Virus record (IMG/VR): IMGVR_UViG_3300020419_000009
Coordinates: 35,400-99,399 of that record
Length of the DNA stretch: 64,000 nt
Origin: a virus
Direction: 5' to 3' (one strand)
Below, in pieces: positions 47,670-56,346 of this stretch (positions within the stretch are counted from its first letter, which is position 1; each line of letters starts with the position of its first letter). The position numbers and the translations under genes are program-made. The notes below the pieces were generated by a model. That model saw only the letters and a list, made by a program, of their open reading frames with translations. It had not been told where the DNA came from and searched no databases.

Positions 47670-48653
47670 TTATGCATACTTGGCATTTAGTGCCTCAGCA
47701 TACTGTTGAACGTTGTCTGCTATTCTCTGCATGTCATGTTTTGCACAGAATTTCATTAAGTGTAATCCTACCTGTGATACCTTCTTAGGTTCCATAGCAT
47801 CTTCGACTACATCGTTTATAATAGATCTAATATTACCAGGTTGTGCAGATAAATCACATAGTGTAACATTACGATTGTAATCGTCTAACACACGATGTTC
47901 TACGCCTTCGTGATCAGTCCAACGTTGTAACATCATGTTATTCCAGTTAAATCCTTTTGTCTTTCTATCTTCAAATGCTTCTAATAAGCCTACCTTGTTC
48001 CGTGTGCCTTTTGTTCTTACACCAGGATATGCACTGAACACATTATCACTTGTATCACCTCTCATGCATTTTTCAAACAACATAAATTCTGGATTAGGTG
48101 CTAGTTTAGGATTACCTGTTTTCTTATCAATCACAGGCTTTTTCTTCTTATCGTCAAAATAACCTTCATGTGTAATTATAGTATTGCTTACACCATTGTA
48201 TTGTTTTACATTAGGTGCAATAAGTTGTGCAAAGTCACCATCAGTTGATATAATAACATGCTCATCGTTAGGGTGTGCTTGTACCCAACCTGCAATAAGA
48301 TCATCTGCTTCTAGTTGGGGATGTTGTAATACCGAACAATTTGTTTTACTAGATACAAAGTCTTTAAACTCATCAAACATCTCCCAGAACACAACATCTT
48401 CTTGTTGTTGTGCTTCAGTCTGTGCCGCACGAGCATCACTTCTATTTCTCTTGTAAGGCTCATATACATCCTTACGCCAGCTTCTACCTTCTAAGCAAAA
48501 CACAACATGAGCACCTTCAAAGTCAGCCCATGCTTTTCTAATACTACCTAAGGTAATATGGAAAGCCATACCCACCTTAGTATCAAGATCACCTCTTACA
48601 ACGTGTCTTGCTCTAAAAAAAGTATTTGCCGTGTCTACTAGAATGTATGTCAT
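47670..48653 (-). CDS. rnh: RNase H / 5'-3' exonuclease (T4 RNase H-like, FEN superfamily)
   Basis: LVDTAN, SWRK..Y..YK.NR, EADDLIA, STDGDFAQL, RGDTSDNV...PGV. Confidence 0.85.
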   Translation of the reverse strand: MTYILVDTANTFFRARHVVRGDLDTKVGMAFHITLGSIRKAWADFEGAHVVFCLEGRSWRKDVYEPYKRNRSDARAAQTEAQQQEDVVFWEMFDEFKDFVSSKTNCSVLQHPQLEADDLIAGWVQAHPNDEHVIISTDGDFAQLIAPNVKQYNGVSNTIITHEGYFDDKKKKPVIDKKTGNPKLAPNPEFMLFEKCMRGDTSDNVFSAYPGVRTKGTRNKVGLLEAFEDRKTKGFNWNNMMLQRWTDHEGVEHRVLDDYNRNVTLCDLSAQPGNIRSIINDVVEDAMEPKKVSQVGLHLMKFCAKHDMQRIADNVQQYAEALNAKYA

Positions 48654-49036
48654 TTTACCTCGCTCTTATCATCGCCTAAGTTACTAGTATTAATATAACC
48701 TGAATTTCGCTCTTTGTCAAGTCCTTCATCATCCAAAATCTGTCTAGCTATAGTTTTAAACCAACCATCTACGATTTCTTCAGGTGACGAACCCGAATAT
48801 CCTGCGTCTATCAGTTTTTCAACGAATTCATTGTTCCAATCAAGTTCAAAGAATCCGTTACGGATATTCTCTGGATTTACCTTAGTATCCAAAACTCCTA
48901 CCCAAGGCTCACCATCTTTAGTTGCCTTTTCTTTTTCTTTGGCAAGTACTGCTCTTCTTTCGTCTTCAGCACTAAGAGGTTTTTCTGTCTCTTTCTTTTT
49001 ACCAAAGCCTTTTATCTTATTAATGATATCTTTCAT
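48650..49036 (-). CDS. Hypothetical protein
   Basis: 128 aa ORF with AGGAGG RBS; EPWV...GFFELDWN..FV..L..AGY motif. Confidence 0.55.
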   Translation of the reverse strand: MKDIINKIKGFGKKKETEKPLSAEDERRAVLAKEKEKATKDGEPWVGVLDTKVNPENIRNGFFELDWNNEFVEKLIDAGYSGSSPEEIVDGWFKTIARQILDDEGLDKERNSGYINTSNLGDDKSEVK

Positions 49037-49046
49037 ATCACCTCCT

Positions 49047-49943
49047 TTATGTTCCTATTGCATTACCAAATAGATATACATGTACTCTTGCCGCCACGTT
49101 ATATCCTCTTTGAAATGCCATTTTTGCAACGTCACCTGCTGTCGTAGTCTGTTCTTCTTCTCTTGCACCAACAGGCATGACCCATATAGGCCAATCTACT
49201 CCCTCTGCTTTAAATTTCTCTATAACAGATTCCATTTCATCCCATTGTTGTTGTTCGGAACCTACAACAAATTTTAATTGTCCTTTATCAGAAAGTTCTG
49301 CATACTCGCCAACTACTTGTGGAAGTATTGCCTTCTTTGCTTCTTCACCTGCTACTGTCCATAACTTAGGACTACAACTAAAAAATACTTCTTCATCAAT
49401 TCTTTTAACCCATTCTTTAAAAGGATCTCTTAACTTTTGTGTACCATTAGTTTCAAAAGTCATTGAACTAGGCAAGTTACCTTGCTTTTCTAATTCTTCA
49501 TATATACCAACACTTGCTAACTGTCCTGTTATCATTAAAGGCTCACCGCCTGTAAAACATAAGTGTTGTGTCTGTTTGCTAACAGGATGTAAAAACAAAC
49601 CTTCTGGATTAGAATCTGTTCTTAGTATATCTACAATTTTGTTTGCTAATACACTAGGAGTTTCATGTCCCATAAGATGTTTGTATTTCTTTGCCCAAGT
49701 ATACGAACTATCACAACCTTTTTCCCATACAGGCAAGTCTTCTACTCTTTTTACTTGACTTACGTCATAATCTAAAAAAGGAAGATCATAAGTTTCTGGA
49801 TTTGTAGGATCTATTTGACCGAAGCCACTGCATTGTAAATTACAAAGAAAAAATCTTATCCAAGCAGTAGGTACACCTGTGTAATGTCCTTCTCCTTGAA
49901 TACTATGAAATATTTCAGAATAATATACAGGCTTCTCAGTCAT
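49047..49943 (-). CDS. queE: 7-carboxy-7-deazaguanine synthase (radical SAM)
   Basis: YSEIFHSIQGEG..TG.P..IRFFLCNLQC, with the third Cys (CDS) after an insertion; TGGEP, ETNGT, SPK, LKFVV, RVHVYLFGN. Confidence 0.85.
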   Translation of the reverse strand: MTEKPVYYSEIFHSIQGEGHYTGVPTAWIRFFLCNLQCSGFGQIDPTNPETYDLPFLDYDVSQVKRVEDLPVWEKGCDSSYTWAKKYKHLMGHETPSVLANKIVDILRTDSNPEGLFLHPVSKQTQHLCFTGGEPLMITGQLASVGIYEELEKQGNLPSSMTFETNGTQKLRDPFKEWVKRIDEEVFFSCSPKLWTVAGEEAKKAILPQVVGEYAELSDKGQLKFVVGSEQQQWDEMESVIEKFKAEGVDWPIWVMPVGAREEEQTTTAGDVAKMAFQRGYNVAARVHVYLFGNAIGT

Positions 49944-50130
49944 GCTTTACTTCTACCAATGGTTCAAAATAAGTGCTATCAGTATAATCACCACCTGGAG
50001 AAAATTTTCTAACAACAGTTTCTTTTACAAATTGATTGCCTTTTACAATGTATGTGATAAATTCTTGTTGCACCACACCTTTTGTATCTCTTTCAAAAGC
50101 TGATCTAAGTGGACCATCATCTATTACCAT
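49936..50130 (-). CDS. Small hypothetical protein
   Basis: 64 aa ORF coupled between folE and queE. Confidence 0.45.
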   Translation of the reverse strand: MVIDDGPLRSAFERDTKGVVQQEFITYIVKGNQFVKETVVRKFSPGGDYTDSTYFEPLVEVKHD

Positions 50131-50330
50131 TATACTATCTCCTCTACAATACCTAATATTTCTGCCAATACAAATGCAACACCAGAAAACATCATTAAAT
50201 AACCTGAATAAGCAATAATAATATCTGTGTAGTCATTCGCTGACCAAAGTTCGTAGCCTGCGTATGCTAGTACTCCGCCTGCTATAATTCTAAGAACACT
50301 CTTTACCATACTAACGGAAAAATGATTCAT
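50130..50330 (-). CDS. Small membrane protein
   Basis: 66 aa with two hydrophobic segments; AGGAG RBS. Confidence 0.5.
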   Translation of the reverse strand: MNHFSVSMVKSVLRIIAGGVLAYAGYELWSANDYTDIIIAYSGYLMMFSGVAFVLAEILGIVEEIV

Positions 50331-50342
50331 AATAATACTCCT

Positions 50343-51029
50343 TTATCTTGGTGCAAACTCTTGTTGCAGTTTAATATTATCCATAAACTCTTTTTTAGTT
50401 CCTGGATCTTCATTAAATGCTCCACGTAGTACAGTAGTCTGTGTCAAACTACTATGAGCACCAATGCCTCTGTTTTCACAACAACCATGTGTTGCTTGTA
50501 AGTAAACACCTATATTAGAACTACCTGTTGCTTTTTGTATTTCATTAGCAATTACATTGTTTAGTTCTTCTTGTAGTGTTCCTCTTCTTGCACACCATTG
50601 TGCTATTCTTGTATACTTAGAAAGTCCTATAAGTGTCTCAGCGGCAATAATACCAATGTATGCTACACCCGATACTGGCTGATGATGATGCGAACACATA
50701 CTTTTAATTTCACTTCTCACAACCAACATTCCTTTATAACCATCATCTACATGATTAGGAAATGCAGTTGCATTAGGCATAGGATTATACCTACCACTCA
50801 TAATTTCATTAATATACATTTTTGCTAGTCTTCTACCAGTGTCCATACTGTTAGGATCATTGTACCGATCAATAACTAGGCTATCTAATACTGCTTCAAA
50901 CTTTGGTGTTAGTTCTTCAATAAGTGCTTCCTTGTCACCTTCTTGTAATACATTACTAATGTTATCTCCTGCCCAATACCTAATGTTAGCATCTTGCAGT
51001 CTTGCTATAATTTCGTCACTTTTATTCAA
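50343..51029 (-). CDS. folE: GTP cyclohydrolase I
   Basis: SMCSHHHQP, IGLSKYTRI, LQEEL, ATHGCCENRG; TTG start after GGAGA. Confidence 0.9.
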   Translation of the reverse strand: MNKSDEIIARLQDANIRYWAGDNISNVLQEGDKEALIEELTPKFEAVLDSLVIDRYNDPNSMDTGRRLAKMYINEIMSGRYNPMPNATAFPNHVDDGYKGMLVVRSEIKSMCSHHHQPVSGVAYIGIIAAETLIGLSKYTRIAQWCARRGTLQEELNNVIANEIQKATGSSNIGVYLQATHGCCENRGIGAHSSLTQTTVLRGAFNEDPGTKKEFMDNIKLQQEFAPR

Positions 51030-51035
51030 TTTTCG

Positions 51036-51062
51036 TCTCCGATGTTAAGGCAGTGGATTGCC
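51036..51062 (-). promoter_or_regulatory. Structured 5' leader of folE (hairpin with loop complementary to the SD)
   Basis: GGCA-ATCCAC-TGCC hairpin then TTAACATC then GGAGA; loop TCC can pair with SD GGA. Confidence 0.4.
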
Positions 51063-51072
51063 ATTTCTGTTT

Positions 51073-51101
51073 ATTATACATGTTATTTAGGTCTTTGTCA
51101 A
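51073..51101 (-). promoter_or_regulatory. Consensus sigma70 promoter of the folE-queE operon
   Basis: TTGACA-17 nt-TATAAT, with a TAAATA inside the spacer. Confidence 0.75.
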
Positions 51102-51115
51102 CAGTTATTTTAAAA

Positions 51116-51934
51116 TTATTTGCCATCTTGCTCTTTAATATAGCCAAAATAATCAACTGCTATCTTCCTATGTATTTCTCTTATGTAGTGTTCTCTATCA
51201 ATTCTATAATGTTCGCTTTCAGTATCGATATCAAATCTTTCTTTCATAAACTCTTGAGCTGTCATAGGAGCTCTTACACAATCTATTTTTCCAAAGAAGT
51301 CTAGATTGTCTGGCATAAAAACACGTTCGTTGATATTCCACAGGTACCATTTCACGTTGTTTCTTCTGCATAATTCATTTATTGTAAACAGGTTCATACA
51401 ATAGTTCTTATATTGTAATACCGTTGTTAGCTCATGGTATATTTTTGTATATGTATATTTTTCATGAAATAAACTAAAATCATGTGTAGTATTCATATCA
51501 TCAAATTCAAAGCCCTTAAACTGTTCGTAATTTTCCGTACGTGGCTGTTCGATCATTTCAACATAGTTGTCAGAAACTCTATGATCTGTATATCTATGTA
51601 TAAGGTCGTCTTTTTCTAATGTGTCATCTAAAAAAAGATCGGATTTAGTAAATTCGCCTACGTCTAGTTCCCTGGAACAGGATAAAAGAAACCTGTTCCA
51701 GTAAGTTGATTGTATGAATACTTCGTCGAAATCTGTATATCGGTCAAACATTGTTTTTAACCAAACAGGATATTTGTCGTTACAACCACCTGGCATACTG
51801 TATATCACTGTTTTTTTATTGAAATGATTTGCATATATTTCTGCATAGTTATTACTTTGCCATGCAGATATCTTGCCTCCCATTTCGAAGTATCCGTGCG
51901 AGTGACTATCGCCTATGAATAGTGTTCTAGCCAT
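51116..51934 (-). CDS. SGNH/GDSL-like hydrolase or acyltransferase
   Basis: FIGDSHS near the N-terminus and DREH (DxxH) near the C-terminus; ATG 51934. Confidence 0.5.
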   Translation of the reverse strand: MARTLFIGDSHSHGYFEMGGKISAWQSNNYAEIYANHFNKKTVIYSMPGGCNDKYPVWLKTMFDRYTDFDEVFIQSTYWNRFLLSCSRELDVGEFTKSDLFLDDTLEKDDLIHRYTDHRVSDNYVEMIEQPRTENYEQFKGFEFDDMNTTHDFSLFHEKYTYTKIYHELTTVLQYKNYCMNLFTINELCRRNNVKWYLWNINERVFMPDNLDFFGKIDCVRAPMTAQEFMKERFDIDTESEHYRIDREHYIREIHRKIAVDYFGYIKEQDGK

Positions 51935-52136
51935 TAAAATATTTGTCAATCATAGACAGTCTGTCATCCGCCGCCGCCAATTTATCAAGCTCTGAAATTA
52001 CTGCCTCAGTAACATCTGAATGTTCACCAATACCTGCTGGCATTGTCTGATACACTTGAATGTTAGCTAAATGAACTGCAACTTCGCCTTCTGCTTGTTT
52101 CTTGGCCGCCTGTAGTATTGCGTCTCCAACTTTCAT
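51927..52136 (-). CDS. Small hypothetical protein
   Basis: 69 aa ORF (PAGIGEHSD motif) with ATGA overlap. Confidence 0.55.
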   Translation of the reverse strand: MKVGDAILQAAKKQAEGEVAVHLANIQVYQTMPAGIGEHSDVTEAVISELDKLAAADDRLSMIDKYFNG

Positions 52137-52492
52137 TTTTGCTTTTCCTTTCTGTAATTACCCTTGCTAGGAATGACATGACGTACTCCTCCTCTTGGGT
52201 CTTCCATATCCCCGTTTCTACGTGGAATTAAATGGACATGAGGATAATCAACACTTTGACCTGCTTCTTTACCTACATTTTGTCCTATGTTGAACGCATC
52301 ACAATATCCACGTTCAACCCAATCGTAGCCCCATTTGTATGCGGCTTCGAAACACTTTACTAGAGATTGCCAATTTTCTTCTTTGGGTACAAAAAGAACA
52401 TGTCCGTCTGTGACCGGATATCCGTCTCTAAAAACTGTAAACTCTCTTGAATCTATTAATATATCAGTCCAAGGTATATCTTTATATTCCAT
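52133..52492 (-). CDS. HIT-family nucleotide hydrolase
   Basis: DGYPVTDGHVLFVPK, NIGQNVGKEAGQSV, PHVHLIPRR (HxHxH-type). Confidence 0.85.
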   Translation of the reverse strand: MEYKDIPWTDILIDSREFTVFRDGYPVTDGHVLFVPKEENWQSLVKCFEAAYKWGYDWVERGYCDAFNIGQNVGKEAGQSVDYPHVHLIPRRNGDMEDPRGGVRHVIPSKGNYRKEKQK

Positions 52493-53066
52493 AATTAAAA
52501 CTCACCATTATACGTTCTTTATCTATCGTTTGCTGATGTACTTTGTGTAGCACATGACTAGGAAATATAATTAAACTTCCTGTTTCTGCAGAACAAGTTA
52601 CTTCGGGAGAGTTGAATTCTGTTAACCCTTTTACCCCAGTTCTTGGCCAATGACCTTTTTGATTACGATTTACAAACGTCAAACCAGGATGTGTTTGATC
52701 AGCTTGTACATAATATACACCACTCCACACACTAGGCAAATGGTGATGTTCTTCATGGTAAGTATGTTTTCTCATAATACTATACCAACTAGACTCTAAG
52801 ATTGGAGTGCCTTCTAACATTGTTTCGTTATGACACTTCATTATTACTTCATTTATAAATTCTTTGAGTTTACTTAATTGAGGAAGATCTAATACATTTG
52901 TATTAGCACCATAGGAAGTATATCCGTTAGCTGAATATCTAACTGGAGAAGGATCTTGTTTTTCTTTTTCTAATAATAAAGGAACAACATCTTTTTGAAG
53001 TTCTTGCGAATCCTCAAACTTTGATCTATAAACTTTTGTAGGAAAAATTAATTGTGCATCAATCAT
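52482..53066 (-). CDS. 2OG-Fe(II) oxygenase family protein (TIGR02466-like)
   Basis: IFPT..Y, SW, EEHHH..SVWSGVYYV, GSLIIFPSHVLHKV...ERIMVSFN. Confidence 0.7.
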   Translation of the reverse strand: MIDAQLIFPTKVYRSKFEDSQELQKDVVPLLLEKEKQDPSPVRYSANGYTSYGANTNVLDLPQLSKLKEFINEVIMKCHNETMLEGTPILESSWYSIMRKHTYHEEHHHLPSVWSGVYYVQADQTHPGLTFVNRNQKGHWPRTGVKGLTEFNSPEVTCSAETGSLIIFPSHVLHKVHQQTIDKERIMVSFNYGI

Positions 53067-53592
53067 AAGTGCCTACCCTTTCCCAAGGGTAAACTAGCCA
53101 AACATCTTCTTCTGCTTTGTTAACTTCGTGTGTAGAATAGTTTATTGCAAACTTAAAATCACTTGCAGAATTATCTGTTAACACTGCAAAACGTACATTC
53201 TCACACCAAACATCACGCCACCCTGTGTCACCTGGCATACAACTTTTTTCCCAGTCATCAACAATCCAATTGAACGTTGCTCCTGTGTCATTAATATCAT
53301 CTACTATTAGAATGTTTTTTGAGTCATTTCTTGGTTGTCCTTGTTGAAACATACCAAATGCATCTTCAGCCATCCAAGTATTACTTTCTAGTTTACTATC
53401 ATCTCTTAAACTTACTTTTATGGCTTCACAAGGTATACCAGTCATATTACTAATAATAGTAGCAGGAATATTACCGCCTCTTGTAATACCTACAATGTAA
53501 TCAGGCCGCCATTCGTCTTTGTACATTTGATTAACTATGCTTACACAACTGCGTTCAACGTCCTTCCAAGAATAGTAATGCTTCTTAACCAT
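53059..53592 (-). CDS. Type I phosphoribosyltransferase (xanthine/guanine PRT-like)
   Basis: VGITRGG, PRPP-binding ILIVDDINDTGATF, WLVYPWE. Confidence 0.8.
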   Translation of the reverse strand: MVKKHYYSWKDVERSCVSIVNQMYKDEWRPDYIVGITRGGNIPATIISNMTGIPCEAIKVSLRDDSKLESNTWMAEDAFGMFQQGQPRNDSKNILIVDDINDTGATFNWIVDDWEKSCMPGDTGWRDVWCENVRFAVLTDNSASDFKFAINYSTHEVNKAEEDVWLVYPWERVGTYD

Positions 53593-54079
53593 TAAGTTTT
53601 TCCTTCAAATAAGTTTCATTATGTACCCATTTATATCCTGCTTCTCTCCAATTATCTTTTGTAGCTGGTACCCAATCTACAAATCCCCATTCCATTCTCT
53701 TTTGTCCCATAAAGAATAAACTCCAGCAAGGAATGTTTTTACCATCTTTATCCTTTTCTAATTCTAACCAGTGCAGATCTTCTGCCTTTCTAAATCTAAT
53801 GTGTCCTGGACCACGCCATTCCTTTGTACTACCTACTACTGCTCCTTCTTGTGAAATAATAGGAATATGTTCCCAATAGCCACCTTTTAGAATTACTGCT
53901 CCCCAGTTCCAAGGATGATCATGTAGCACAGGCTCATCGCTCACTAGTATCTTGTGTAGTGTTATATTGAATGGAAAGTTTTTTCTTTCTTTCAAAAAAA
54001 GATAGTAACGAATAAGATAAGGAATCTTTCCGCTCCTATCAGTGATTATTCTTTTTCTATTCTTCAAAAAATTAATCAT
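53585..54079 (-). CDS. Cupin-fold protein
   Basis: LHKI...LHDHPW...ILKGGYWE...LHWLEL...WSLF..G...WGF. Confidence 0.6.
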   Translation of the reverse strand: MINFLKNRKRIITDRSGKIPYLIRYYLFLKERKNFPFNITLHKILVSDEPVLHDHPWNWGAVILKGGYWEHIPIISQEGAVVGSTKEWRGPGHIRFRKAEDLHWLELEKDKDGKNIPCWSLFFMGQKRMEWGFVDWVPATKDNWREAGYKWVHNETYLKEKLNG

Positions 54080-54509
54080 CTAGTTCGCCTGCTTGTACCT
54101 TTCCATCATAATCTTGTTGTGTCAGTTTATAAGCAAAAACAAAATGTTCATATGCTTTTTTTAATCCTGGATACTGCTCACACATTTTTTCTATTTTTTC
54201 TAAACTAGGAATATGTGTAACAAATTCTTTAGAAGGTATACAACTATCTAATCCCTCTAATGTAATACTATCATCCAGGGCATAGTCATTCATATTAACT
54301 GTTACTGTACCATCACTCATGCCACCTGAAAAAGTATAACTATGAGTATTATAACTTTCTACGGCTGAATCATAAGTAGGTCCGGTGATAGTTGTTACAT
54401 AATCACCACCTGTCGTAGGACATACAACGTCATATTTAAATGCTGATTGATCATGTCTAGGATCTTGTTGTTGCTTTATAAGTTCTGCTTCGTAATCATC
54501 ATCGTTCAT
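54072..54509 (-). CDS. Hypothetical protein
   Basis: 145 aa acidic ORF in the operon. Confidence 0.5.
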   Translation of the reverse strand: MNDDDYEAELIKQQQDPRHDQSAFKYDVVCPTTGGDYVTTITGPTYDSAVESYNTHSYTFSGGMSDGTVTVNMNDYALDDSITLEGLDSCIPSKEFVTHIPSLEKIEKMCEQYPGLKKAYEHFVFAYKLTQQDYDGKVQAGELDD

Positions 54510-55572
54510 TTTTCAACTCCTTATATAAAGCATTACCACTAAAAAATTGACTTGACAATCTTAGTTTTTGTTTAGGTAGTAAACGTTTATAGTCTTTGTA
54601 ATTTTCCATCATATCAACTATTTTATCCACTAGTTGCTGATAATTCTTCTTATAAGTTGTAAAGTTTCTTGTAAGATTACTTGCATACTTAAACTCTGGC
54701 ATTGCCATTTCGACATAGCTAAGTCTATCTGGAACCAACGGCAAAGTATCAACTAATACACCTTCATACCAACTTATACCTAAAGTTTCTTGCAAGTTAG
54801 CACTAAAAACAAGTTTTGCTTCACCTAATAGGTTATGATAGTCGTTTTTAGTTAGCTGTCTTTCTTGACAAACAATAAACTCATACTTGGGTAAACGTTC
54901 TTTTAAATCATAAAATATTTCAGGTTGTTTTTCAGGTGCAATTCTGTGCGGAAACAATATAATATTTTTCTTAGGCATATTTTTATATGATATAAGATCA
55001 CCTTCAAGATATTCCATTGGCCATCCAACTTTTTTAATACGTTGTTGGTTATTAAAAGCAGGATCTTTAGTGAAACCTTTAAAAACTCTTTCAAACATTT
55101 CTATATGAAACTGTGTAGCATAAAAGTTATCATCATAACAAGCAAACATAGATTGTTCAGCATGTCTTACCCATGGTTGATTCCCTATGATCCTACCTAA
55201 AAAATCTTGCGAATCATAACTACCAGCATGCCACAACCCACCAATGCGAATGTTAACACCCAATAGTTCTGCCATATACCGTAGTTGAATAACTGTAGGA
55301 TTCCAAGCATCGGTATACAGAAAATAATCGCCATTTTTAACAGTTCCATTACAAAACATTTCTCCGATTTGTTCTAATTGTTTACTTTTGTAAACATTAG
55401 TACCACCAAAATTAAGAAATGCTCCAGGCGTTGTTGCCTGTGGAGCATCTCCACCACTTATAGTAATGATTTCTTCATTTGTAGACTTCGCAAGTTGCTT
55501 TGGAAGATGTTCTTTCCATTGCTTTGTATAACGAGTGTCAACTGCTTCAATATCTACAATATGTATTGTCAT
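54499..55572 (-). CDS. GT-B fold glycosyltransferase (GT4-like)
   Basis: FPHRIAPEKQPE and FSANLQETLGISWYEG...LVPDRLSY (ExxGxxxxE donor-binding motif). Confidence 0.75.
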   Translation of the reverse strand: MTIHIVDIEAVDTRYTKQWKEHLPKQLAKSTNEEIITISGGDAPQATTPGAFLNFGGTNVYKSKQLEQIGEMFCNGTVKNGDYFLYTDAWNPTVIQLRYMAELLGVNIRIGGLWHAGSYDSQDFLGRIIGNQPWVRHAEQSMFACYDDNFYATQFHIEMFERVFKGFTKDPAFNNQQRIKKVGWPMEYLEGDLISYKNMPKKNIILFPHRIAPEKQPEIFYDLKERLPKYEFIVCQERQLTKNDYHNLLGEAKLVFSANLQETLGISWYEGVLVDTLPLVPDRLSYVEMAMPEFKYASNLTRNFTTYKKNYQQLVDKIVDMMENYKDYKRLLPKQKLRLSSQFFSGNALYKELKNER

Positions 55573-55829
55573 TTGTTTTTCCTAAAACTTTTAAAACCTT
55601 TCTTCCAAGGCTTGTTATAGTTTGGTTTCCATTTACGAGGACCAAACTTTTTGTACATACAAAAAGATTGCCATACTCTACTTTTTGTATCGTACAAGTC
55701 CTTTTCGTTATACACGTAACCGTTATAGCCGTATGCATAAGCATAGCGACAAAATTCTCTAAACTCTTCGAGATCAATAAAAATTTTTTCAATATTAGGA
55801 TTTTTAGAAAAGTAGTCACCCTGTTGCAT
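55569..55829 (-). CDS. Hypothetical basic protein
   Basis: ATG 55829 after AAGGAG; ATGA coupling to the glycosyltransferase. Confidence 0.5.
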   Translation of the reverse strand: MQQGDYFSKNPNIEKIFIDLEEFREFCRYAYAYGYNGYVYNEKDLYDTKSRVWQSFCMYKKFGPRKWKPNYNKPWKKGFKSFRKNK

Positions 55830-55842
55830 TGTAGTTCTCCTT

Positions 55843-56226
55843 TTAGCTAGGGTATTCAATGTGTGCACCGTTTTCACCATCTTCAGAAACATCAATATGA
55901 ACTTCACGTCCTGGATATTTTGCTTTGATCTTATCATAAAGATCATCAGCCATCATCTCACAGGATTTGTAATCAAGTTCTAATGTTTTTTCTGCATAAA
56001 GTTTTTCAATCCATCTTTTAAACTGGATAAATTCAATATCTCTATCGTTGTGTGTCACAGATATCGCAACTTTAAAATGGAAAATATGTCTATGTGGATA
56101 GCCTAAGAATGATACGTCATATTCATCACCAGTAGCCAGGCTTGGATCTTCAAGAGCCGCCGGATATTTATGAATACCTTCTTTTGTAAATGTAATCCAA
56201 ATCATTCTTTTTGCTTTAGCTTTCAT
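55843..56226 (-). CDS. QueD-paralogous T-fold protein (DpdL-like)
   Basis: EGIHKY, LGYPHRHIF (LxxxHRHxF instead of QueD CxxxHGH), DIEFI, SCEMMA, VSEDGENGA. Start uncertain: the track's TTG 56346 is the promoter -35. Confidence 0.65.
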   Translation of the reverse strand: MKAKAKRMIWITFTKEGIHKYPAALEDPSLATGDEYDVSFLGYPHRHIFHFKVAISVTHNDRDIEFIQFKRWIEKLYAEKTLELDYKSCEMMADDLYDKIKAKYPGREVHIDVSEDGENGAHIEYPS

Positions 56227-56317
56227 ATTTGCCTCTTCCTCTTCTTTAAGTCTCCTACCCATATAATTGTAATAGGATTCTTGTTTTGTGTCAGTTTCAC
56301 TTATACTACTTTCTAAC

Positions 56318-56346
56318 ATTATACTACCTTTAGTGTTCTTTGTCAA
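56318..56346 (-). promoter_or_regulatory. Consensus sigma70 promoter of the T-fold/GT/PRT/HIT operon
   Basis: TTGACA-17 nt-TATAAT. Confidence 0.75.

Noticed and set aside
51036-51062. Canonical preQ1-I or THF-II riboswitch call for the folE leader
   Set aside because: The loop is too short and lacks the full consensus of either class; kept only as a candidate novel element.
56227-56346. N-terminal extension of the T-fold ORF from TTG 56346
   Set aside because: That TTG is the -35 hexamer and ATG 56319 overlaps the -10 of a consensus promoter, so a downstream ATG is more plausible.
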